This document shows, piece by piece, positions 55,641 through 64,000 of a stretch of DNA of 64,000 nucleotides. The stretch is from an uncultured Solirubrobacteraceae bacterium. Its GTDB lineage: Bacteria; Actinomycetota; Thermoleophilia; Solirubrobacterales; Solirubrobacteraceae. Location of the stretch: assembly GCA_963846015.1 (NCBI GenBank), contig CAWJUE010000005.1:81466-145465 (forward strand), given 5' to 3'. A program made the position numbers and the translations under genes. Under the pieces are notes generated by a model that did not search any database, was not told the DNA's origin, and was given only the letters and a program-made list of their open reading frames with translations. The first letter of the stretch is position 1. The number at the start of each line of letters is the position of its first letter.

Positions 55641-57101
55641 ATGTCAACGCTCGCTCTCACAACTGAATACCCACGGCCCGCCGTGCATCGCATCGGCGCC
55701 CGCGCGGCCTGGCTGGGCTTTGCGGTGGTGCTCGCCGCGATGGTGATGGACCTGCTGGACTCGACGATCGCGCAGACCGCCGCGCCGGCGATCCGGCGTG
55801 AGCTCGGCGGTTCGTTCGCGTCGCTGGAATGGATCTCGGCCGCCTACACGCTCGCGATGTCGGTGACGCTGCTGCTCGGCAGCCGGCTCGGCGACATCCT
55901 CGGCCGGCGCCGGGTGCTCCTGACCGGAGTCGGTGGGTTCGGGGCCGCCTCGGCGCTGTGCGCGCTGGCCCCGTCGGCGGACGCCCTGATCGCGGCCCGG
56001 ACACTGCAGGGAGCGATCGCGGCGATCATGGTCCCGCAGGGCTTCGGGCTGGTGCGGGAGCTGTTCGGCGACGAGGGTCAGCAGAAGGCGTTCGCGATCG
56101 TCGGGCCGGTGATGGGGCTCGGCGCGGTCGCCGGGCCATTGGTCGGTGGCGGACTGATCGACCTCAACCTGTTCGGCTCGGGCTGGCGGGCGATCTTCCT
56201 CGTCAACGTGCCGATCGCCGCGGTCGCGATCGTCGCCGGGCTGCGCTTTTTGCCGTACACGCCGCCGTCGACGCCGGACGCCCGTCCGGACGTGATCAGC
56301 GTCGCGCTGTCGATGGTCGGCGGGTTCGGGCTCGTGTATCCGCTGATCGAGGGCCGCGCGCACGGTTGGCCGGTGTGGTCGTTCGCGCTGATCGCCGTTG
56401 GCGTGGCCGCGTTCGCGGCGTTCGGTTGGCGCCAAGCACGGCGCGTGCGCCGGGGCCGCTCGCCGCTGGTCGATCCGTCGATCCTCAGCCGACGGCCGTA
56501 CGTCGCCGGACTGGCGGTCGTCGTCTGCTTCATCGGCGCGATGGGCGGGATGCTGATCGCGCTCAACGTCATGTTCCAGACGGGGCTCGGCTACAGCCCG
56601 CTGGCCTGCGGCATCGCGACCGTAGCGATCCCGGTCGCGGCGATCGGCGGCTCGATCACCTCGTCGGCGCTGCTGAACCGGCTCGGGCGGACGACGATGC
56701 ACATCGGCGTGGTCGTGATGGCGCTCGGGCTCGGAGTCGTCGACCTGGTCCTGCGCTCGGCCGGCGGCGGCGTGACCGGTTGGGACCTGGCCGCGCCGCT
56801 GGCGCTGACCGGCTTCGGCATGGGAATGGTGTTCGTGCCGATGTTCGACGTGATTCTGGCCGGCGTCGCGCCGCAGCAGCTGGGCTCGGCGTCGGGTCTG
56901 CTGGAGTCGGTGCAGCAGCTGGCGATGTCGCTCGGGATCGCCGCGGTCGGCACGGTCCTGTTCGACTCGCTCGGCCACGGCTTCGGACCGGCGGCGTTCG
57001 TCCGCGCCGCCGACCATGGGCTGCTGGTCGCGATCGGGTTCCTCGTGTGCGCGGCGGTGGCGGTGCTGTGGCTGCCGAAGCACGCGCGCGAGCACACGTA
57101 G
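55641..57101 (+). CDS. DHA2 MFS efflux transporter
   Basis: MDLLDSTI, WISAAYTL, GSRLGDILGRRR, MVPQG, WRAIFLVNVP. Confidence 0.9.
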   Translation: MSTLALTTEYPRPAVHRIGARAAWLGFAVVLAAMVMDLLDSTIAQTAAPAIRRELGGSFASLEWISAAYTLAMSVTLLLGSRLGDILGRRRVLLTGVGGFGAASALCALAPSADALIAARTLQGAIAAIMVPQGFGLVRELFGDEGQQKAFAIVGPVMGLGAVAGPLVGGGLIDLNLFGSGWRAIFLVNVPIAAVAIVAGLRFLPYTPPSTPDARPDVISVALSMVGGFGLVYPLIEGRAHGWPVWSFALIAVGVAAFAAFGWRQARRVRRGRSPLVDPSILSRRPYVAGLAVVVCFIGAMGGMLIALNVMFQTGLGYSPLACGIATVAIPVAAIGGSITSSALLNRLGRTTMHIGVVVMALGLGVVDLVLRSAGGGVTGWDLAAPLALTGFGMGMVFVPMFDVILAGVAPQQLGSASGLLESVQQLAMSLGIAAVGTVLFDSLGHGFGPAAFVRAADHGLLVAIGFLVCAAVAVLWLPKHAREHT

Positions 57102-57162
57102 CCCACTGCCTCGGAGAACGCGGTCAGGGGGTCGCGACGAGGTGGGGACCGATGAGCACGAA

Positions 57163-57210
57163 GCCGGGGAAGGTTATGGCCCTCCACGGGCGCAAACTTT
57201 CCCCGCTGGC
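57163..57210. repeat. REP-like/terminator hairpin between convergent genes
   Basis: GGGGAAGGTT..GCCC-TCCAC-GGGC..AACTTTCCCC. Confidence 0.45.
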
Positions 57211-57249
57211 CGCGGGTTACTTCGGAGCCGGGGCGGCCGGGTCCCCGAG

Positions 57250-58200
57250 TCAGCGGCGGCGGCGCACGAGCGTCACGAACCCGTGCCGGCGACGAGCATC
57301 ACGACCCCGTAGACGCCCGGCACCACCGCCGCCCGCGTACCGAATGCCTGCGAGGCGAGCGCCGCGGCGACCGCGAAGTCCCGCATCCCGATCGCCAGCG
57401 CGCCGGGGACCGCGGTCGTCGGGTCGGGCGCTGCCGCGCCGGGCGTGCCACGCCCAGCCGAGCAGCGCCGGACCCCGCGCAGAAGCAGACGCTCGCGGCC
57501 AGCGCGGACCCGAGCCCGTGCGACCCGTGGGTGCCGCTCAGCGACGCGTAGACGAGCACGATCACGGTGAGCGCGGCGATCCCGTCGCGCTCGTCGTCGC
57601 GCCGGGCCAGCCAGGCGCCGCTCGCGCGGACGCTGCGCACGGCGACGCCGGCGCACAGCGGCGCGAGCACGACCAGCGCGAACCGCGCCAGCAGCTGGCC
57701 GGAGCCGCCGTGGGCGTGACCGTGGCCGCCCGCCAGCCAGCCGATCGCGACCGGCCCGGCGAGCGCCGCCAGCACCAGCGAGCCGGCGACCGCGCCGAGC
57801 GCGACGGTCGCGTCGGCGCCGGCGAGCGCGGTCAGCCCGACCGACGCGACCTCCGAGCTGGAGAGCCCGACGGCCACCACGCCGTCACGCGTGAATGACC
57901 CGAAGGCGTGGCCGAGCGCCCAGGCGAACGCCGCCAGCACGACCAGCGGCGCGACCGACAGCAGCGCGACCGTCGCCGCCCGCGACCGCAGCGCGGTCAG
58001 CTCCGACCACGGGATCCCGAGCGCCGTGGCCAGCACCAGCAGCGCCAGCAGCACGTCGGAGCGGCCGGCGACCGCCCCCGACGGGACCAGCAGCGCCAGC
58101 GCGGCCGCCACCAGCGTCAGCGGCAGGATCAGGCGCGTGACCGCGCGGCCGGCGGCGGCGGCGCAGCTGGTCGCGCGAGCGGGTGGCTCGCGGCGGTCAC
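57250..58200 (-). CDS. Bile acid:Na+ symporter/ACR3-like membrane protein (frameshifts)
   Basis: Multiple TMs, GLSSSEVASVGLTALAGAD, LAIGMRDFAVAAALA, PGVYGVVML. Confidence 0.65.
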
Positions 58201-58235
58201 GGTGCTCAGCGGCGCGGCTGACTAGGGTCGAGGGC

Positions 58236-59260
58236 ATGGACTACCGCACACTTGGAACCACCGGCACAAAGGTCACCCCGCTGTGCCTCGGCGCGATGAT
58301 GTTCGGCGACTGGGGCAACACCGACCACGACGACAGCATCCGCATCATCCACCGCGCGCTCGACGCCGGCATCAACTTCATCGACACCGCCGACGTCTAC
58401 AGCCGCGGCGAGTCCGAGGAGATCGTCGGCAAGGCGCTGGCCGGCGGCAAGCGCGACGACGTCGTGCTCGCGACCAAGGTCCACGGCACGATGGGCGACG
58501 ACCCCAACCAGTTCGGCAACTCCCGCCGCTGGATCATCAAGGAGGTCGAGAACTCGCTGCGGCGGCTGAACACCGACTGGATCGACCTCTACCAGATCCA
58601 CCGCCCGGAGGCCGACACCGACATCGACGAGACGCTCGGCGCGCTGACCGACCTCGTCCGCGCGGGCAAGGTCCGCTACATCGGCTCCTCCACCTTCCCG
58701 GCCTCGCAGATCGTCGAGGCGCAGTGGGTCGCCCAGCGGCGCGGCCGCGAGCGGTTCGTCTGCGAGCAGCCGCCGTATTCGATGCTCGTCCGCGAGATCG
58801 AGAAGGACGTGCTGCCGACCGCGCAGCGTCACCGGATGGGCGTGATCCCGTGGAGCCCGCTGGCCGGCGGCTGGCTGTCGGGCCGCTACCGCAAGGGCCA
58901 GGAGATCCCGACCTCGAACCGCGCCGACCGGCTCCCGGGCCGCTACGACCTCTCGACGCCGGAGAACCAGCGCAAGCTCGACGCCGCCGACGCGCTCGCG
59001 CAGCTCGCCGACGAGGCCGGGATCACGCTGATCGAGATGGCGATCGCGTTCGTGATCCGCCACCCGGCGGTGACCTCGGCGATCATCGGACCGCGCACGA
59101 TGGAGCACCTCGAGTCCCAGCTGACCGCCGCCGACGTGGTGCTGTCCGACGACGTGCTCGACCGGATCGACGAGATCGTCGCCGCCCGGCGTCAACATCA
59201 GCCCGGGCGACGGCGGCTGGCCGAACCCGGCGCCTGGAGCCCGCGGCCCGCCGGCGCTAG
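58236..59260 (+). CDS. Aldo/keto reductase (C-terminal frameshift)
   Basis: LCLGAMMFG, FIDTADVY, LATK, DWIDLYQIH, GKVRYIGSS, PWSPLAGG. Confidence 0.93.
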
Positions 59261-59302
59261 GCGAGCCGGCGCTGCGACCCGAGGCAGCTCACGCCGCGGA
59301 GC

Positions 59303-60102
59303 TCAGTCGGCGCAGTCGGCGGTCGTCCGGCGTCGGCCGGGAAGAACGCCTCGACCGACAGCTCTGAGACCGTGACCTCGACCGCCGTCCCGAACGTGGT
59401 GACGGTCGAGAAGAACGTCAGCGGCGGTCCCTGCGCGCCGGCCGCCAGCCGCAGCGGCGACCATGAGCGCCGAGCCCGCTCGGATCCTGCGGCGGCCGGC
59501 TCGCCGGGATAGCCGAGCACCTCGTCGAGCAGCTCGGTCAGCCGCGGGTCGCCGGTGAGCTGCGCCTCGCGCGTCCAGCCGGTGGAGCGAGATGGCCCTT
59601 CCACTCGGCCAGGTTGAGGATCCGCGGCGCCAGCCCGTCGGGGTGCAGCGCCAGCGCGGATGCAGTTGACCGGCGGCACCAGCAGCTCGTCGGAGACGCC
59701 CTCGAGCAGCGGGCCCAGCGCGCGTTGGAGGCGACCATGTTCCAGCAGCGGTCGACCGCGAACGCCGGGTAGGGCTCGTGGCCGGCGAGCACGTGGCCGA
59801 CCGCGTCGCGGACGCTCGTCAGCGCAGGATCGTCGAGCGCGTGGTCGGCATAGCGCGGCGCATAGCCGGCGGCCAGCAGCAGCTGGTTGCGCTCACGCAG
59901 CGGCACCTCCAGCTGCTCGGCGAGCGTCAGCACCATCTCCGGGCTGGGCTGCGAGCGGCCGGTCTCGACGAAGCTCAGGTGCCTCGTCGAGACCCCGGCC
60001 TCGAGCGCCAGCTCCATCTGGCTCAGCCGCCGGCGCCGCCGCCAGTCGCGAAGCAGCGATGCCGATCCGGCTCCCGGTGCTCACGGTCTCCGCCACGAGC
60101 AT
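59303..60102 (-). CDS. XRE HTH with MmyB-like ligand-binding domain (frameshifts)
   Basis: WRRRRRLSQMELALEAGVSTRHLSFVETGRS, HEPYPAFAVD, ALHPDGLAPRILN, FFSTVTTFGT..ELSVEAFFPAD. Confidence 0.88.
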
Positions 60103-61552
60103 CAGCGTACCCTCGCCGGCAGCAGCCGCGTGAGTGCCGCGACGACCAGCAGCACGACCGCCGAGCGTGCCGACGCCGCGCTCGAACGCGACCGCGAAAC
60201 CGTGACCGAGCGCGCCGTAGAAGATCGCGCCGATCCCGGCGACGCCGATCGCCGTGCCGATGTTCTGGGCGGTCGCCAGCACGCCGGAGACCGAGCCGAC
60301 GTGCTCGGGCGGCGCGCCGGCCATCACGAGCGTCGCCAGCGGCGTGATCCCGAGCCCCATCCCGGCGCCGGCCAGGATCAGGCCCGGGGCGAGCGCGAAC
60401 ACCGAGCCGCCCGTGCCGACCGCGCGCGACCGCGCCGAGCAGCAGCGCGTGGCCGGCGGCCAGCGCCAGCGCGCCGATGGCCAGCACCCGGCGCCCGTGG
60501 CGTCGCGGTCAGCGTCGGGGCCCGCATCGACGTCGCCAGGTAGGCGACGGCCAGGATCGTGAACACCAGTCCGGAGTCGCAGCGCGCTCAGCCCGCGGCC
60601 CTGCTGCAGGTACAGCGCCAGCACCAGGAAGAACGACGCCTGGCCGCACCAGAACACGAGCTGGCGCCGCCAGGCCGGCGGTGAACGCCCGTGACTTGAA
60701 CAGCGCGGGCGCCAGCATCGGCGCGCCGCCCCCGGCGGCCAGCCGGCGCTGCTGGACCGCGAACGCCGCGAGCAGCAGCGGCGCGGCGGCCAGCGACAGC
60801 CAGGTCCACAGCGGCCAGCCGTGCGCCTGGCCTTCGACCAGCGGCAGCACGATCGCGGTCACGGCGGCCGTCACCAGCGTCGTGCCGGCGACGTCGATCC
60901 GTCCGCCGGTCGCCGAACGTGACTCGGGCACCACGCGAGCGCACCAGCGCCAGCGCGCCGAGGCCGACCGGGAGGTTGATCAGGAAGACCGTGCGCCACT
61001 CCAGTCCGGCCGGATCGGCCGGCGAGCAGCGCGCCGCCGAGCAGCTGGCCGCCGACCGCGGCCAGACCCATCACCATGCCGTAGGCCGACAGCGCCCGCA
61101 GCCGGTCCGGGCCGTCGTACAGCGCGCCGATCAGCGCCAGCACGTTGGGCAACAGCAGCGCCGCCGCCGACGCCCTGCACGAGCCGGCGCGACCACGAGC
61201 GCGGTCGCGCTCGGCGCGATGCCGCAGCCCGCCGACGCCAGCGTGAACAGCGCCAGCCCGAGCGCGAACAGCGCCGGCGGCCGTAACGGTCGCCGAGCCG
61301 GGAGCCGGTGATCAGGAACACGGCCGAGGTCAGGCTGTAGCCGGCCACGACCCACTCGACCGAGCCGGCCGAGGCATGCAGACGCGCCTGCATCGACGGC
61401 AGCGCGACGTTGACGATGAAGAAATCCAGCACGACCATGAACGTGCCGGTGAGGACGATCGGCAGCGGTGCCCAGCGGCTGGCCCGCGCCCGTCCGATGG
61501 CCCCGCGCACGGCGGCGCGGAGCGGAGTTTGGCTAACGGTTGATGTGCTCAT
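60102..61552 (-). CDS. DHA2 MFS transporter (many frameshifts)
   Basis: FMVVLDFFIVNVALPS, WVVAGY, GSRLGDRYGRR. Confidence 0.85.
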
Positions 61553-61587
61553 GGCCGGAACGATCCCGGCCGCGGCGCTGCGTGACG

Positions 61588-61604
61588 ATTACCCGCCAGG
61601 TAAT
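61588..61604. promoter_or_regulatory. Inverted-repeat operator, probably for the XRE/MmyB regulator
   Basis: ATTACC-N5-GGTAAT upstream of the MFS-XRE operon. Confidence 0.6.
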
Positions 61605-61611
61605 GCTGGCG

Positions 61612-62233
61612 CTACACGTCGCGCTGGGTGTCGAGCGCGTCGAGCATCAACTCCAGCATTCGCGGCCAGTGCTCGGGCTCCAGCCGCTTGGCGGCGCGCG
61701 TGGCGGCGAACAACAGCCGCAGGTCGAGCGAGGTGGCATCGGCGCGCAGGCGGCCTTCGGCGCGCGCCGCGGCCAGCACCCGCTCCTGGGCGTCGGCCGC
61801 GCGGGCGGTCGACTCGATCACGTCCGGGTGGTCGGCGACCAGCGCGCGGGCCTCGCCGACGAACGGCTCGACCGACTGCTCGGCGACGAGGTCACGGAGC
61901 ATCTGGGTCAGCCCCGTCCAGCGGTCGCCCGGCAGCGATTCCGCCGCGCGGGCCGCATCGACGATCTGGTCCATCCGCCGGACCACGAGCGCCGCGTACA
62001 GCTCGTACTTGGACGGGTAGCAGCCGATAGACGCTGGCGACTCCCGCGCCGACGGCCTCGGCGACGTCGCTCATCGGCGTCTCGAGCCCCTGGCGCGAGA
62101 ACACCGAGGCCGCGGCCACGAGCAGCCGTTCGCGCTTCGCGGGTCCGGTCAGCGACGACCACTCGCGGCGGCCCGGCCGACGTCCCGCGCCGGGACCGTC
62201 GGATGGCTCCTCCGGTATCACCGGAATGCCCAT
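61612..62233 (-). CDS. TetR family regulator (frameshift)
   Basis: RERLLVAAASVFSRQGLETPMSDVAEAVGAGVASVYR; C-terminal GRLRAD..WPRMLELMLDAL. Confidence 0.85.
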
Positions 62234-62252
62234 TCCGCTAGAGTATCGGCTC

Positions 62253-63739
62253 GTGTCGACGGGTGGCGCCACGCATCACCGTATCCATACCACGGTGATC
62301 CTGGCGGTCCTCTCGATCGGCGGCCTCGCGTACGCGATGCTGAGCTCGGCGGTGATCCCGGCGTTGCCCGAGATCCAGCACGCGCTGCACACCTCCGAGG
62401 AGGGCGTCACCTGGCTGCTGACCGGCTACCTGCTGTCGGCGTCGATCGCGACCTCGATCCTCGGCCGGCTCGGCGACATGTACGGCAAGGAGCGACTGCT
62501 GCGTCGCTGACGCTGGTGCTGCTCGCGCGTCGGGACCGCTGGTCTCGGCGCTGGCCACCTCGCTGGTCCCGATGGTCGTCGGGCGCGTGATCCAGGGCGC
62601 CGGCGGCGGGATCTTCCCGCTCGCGTTCGGGATCGTCCGCGACGAGTTCCCGCGTGACAAGGTCGCCGGAGCGATCGGGATGCTGTCGTCGATCCTCGGG
62701 GTCGGCGGCGGGATCGGGATCGTGCTCGGCGGGCTGATCGTCGAGCACCTGGACTACCACTGGCTGTACTGGATCCCGCTGATCGTGATCGTCGCTGGCC
62801 GCGGCATCTGACCTGGCGGTTCGTGCCCGAGTCGCCGATCCGCGTTCCCGGCAAGGTCAATTGGACCGCGGCGGCGTTGATGACCGCCGGTTTCTGCTGC
62901 GTGCTGATCGCGATCTCCGAGACGACCGTCTGGGGCTGGGGCTCGGTCAAGACGATCGCGCTGCTGCTGGTCGGCCTGGTGCTGGCGGCGCTGTGGGTGC
63001 TGGTCGAGGTCCGCGCCAGCGAGCCGCTGATCGACATGGCGATGATGCGGATCCGCGGCGTGTGGACGACCAACCTGGTCGCGTTCCTGCTCGGCGCGGG
63101 CATGTACGCGGCGTTTCTGATCTTCCCGCAGTTCGCGCAGCTGCCGAAATCGACCGGCTTCGGGTTCGGCGCCTCGATCGTCGACCGCCGGTCTGTACCT
63201 GCTGCCGGCGGCGCTGCGGATGAGCCTGGTCGGCTCGTTCGCGGGGACGGTCGCCCGTCGGTTCGGCTCGCGGTTCGCGGTGATCGTCGGCGCGGCGATC
63301 ACCGCCTTGGCGTTCGCCTGGCTGGCGGTGCTGCACGCGCCACCCGTACGACATGCTGATCGCGGCGGCGCTGATGGGCGTCGGGATCGGGCTGGCGTTC
63401 GCGGCGCTCGGCAACCTGATCGTCCAGGCCGTGCCGGCCCACCAGACCGGCGTGGCGAGCGGGATGAACACGGTCATGCGAACGCTCGGCGGCGCGCTCG
63501 GTGGCCAGATCGTCGCCACCCTGATCGCCGACAACACCGGCCACGACGGGCTGCCGACCGTGACCGGATTCACCGATGTCGTTCGCGCTGGAGGCGGCGT
63601 TCCTGGTGATCGCCGTCGTCGCCGGGCTGCTCGTGCCGGCCGCCGGCCGCGAGCGCTCGAGCACCGGTGCCGACGCCGGCACAGCGTGCGGAGGTGGCAG
63701 AGGCCTCGTCCGCCCTCGTCAAGCCTGGAGGTGAAGTAG
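62253..63739 (+). CDS. MFS transporter (many frameshifts)
   Basis: PALPEIQ, WLLTGYLL, ILGRLGDMYGK, PLAFGIVRDEFP, ASGMNTVMRTLGG. Confidence 0.85.
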
Positions 63740-63745
63740 CCGAGC

Positions 63746-64000
63746 ATGGCCGGCGTAACCGCAACCGCCAACGGCGCGTCGGGCCGCGCGGCACGACCCG
63801 CGCGGCGAGAACTACAAGTGGATCGCGCTCTCCAACTGCACGCTCGGCGTGCTGCTGGCGACCCTCGACGCGTCGATCACGCTGATCGCGATGCCCGACA
63901 TCTTCGCGGGATCAAGCTCGATCCGCTGGTGCCGGGCAACAGCTTCTACCTGCTGTGGATGATCCTCGGCTTCCTGGTCGTCTCCAGCGTGCTGATCGTC
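63746..64000 (+). CDS. MFS transporter, N-terminal part (truncated by window edge)
   Basis: GGAGGTGA RBS; YKWIALSN.TLGVLLATLDASITLIAMPDIF..LLWMILGF. Confidence 0.8.
   Translation, partial: MAGVTATANGASGRAARPARRELQVDRALQLHARRAAGDPRRVDHADRDARHLRGIKLDPLVPGNSFYLLWMILGFLVVSSVLIV

Overview
High-GC actinobacterial DNA. Gene content and protein style suggest Thermoleophilia/Solirubrobacterales (Conexibacter-like); this is an inference. Many conserved genes (recC, fbiC, fgd, ppdK, gnd, fabH) are broken by single-base indels, which most likely reflects long-read consensus error rather than real decay. In order, the window holds: recC (runs off the left edge); a promoter, leader peptide, antiterminator/terminator, micro-ORF, hairpin and small unknown protein unit (3175-3867); F420 genes fbiC-fgd; an SdpR-like module; ppc; a PASTA kinase; ltaE; a fatty acid desaturase; a deletion scar resembling furoate genes hmfA/hmfE; an orphan molybdenum hydroxylase large subunit; two Tat-lipoprotein arylsulfotransferases facing a sulfatase; ppdK; a HipA-like kinase/DUF3037 pair; Mch-like and Mct mesaconyl-CoA genes; a CsoR copper module; a MarR-FabH-carboxyltransferase-acyl-reductase-Zn-ribbon-GAF kinase-LuxR cluster; gnd; and an MFS efflux/regulator block. 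I saw no tRNA, rRNA, CRISPR array or transposase. The best candidates for an undescribed system are the ribosome-coupled attenuator unit at 3175-3867 and the lipid-synthesis plus soluble two-component cluster at 44226-50744. All family calls come from motif recognition, not database searches.
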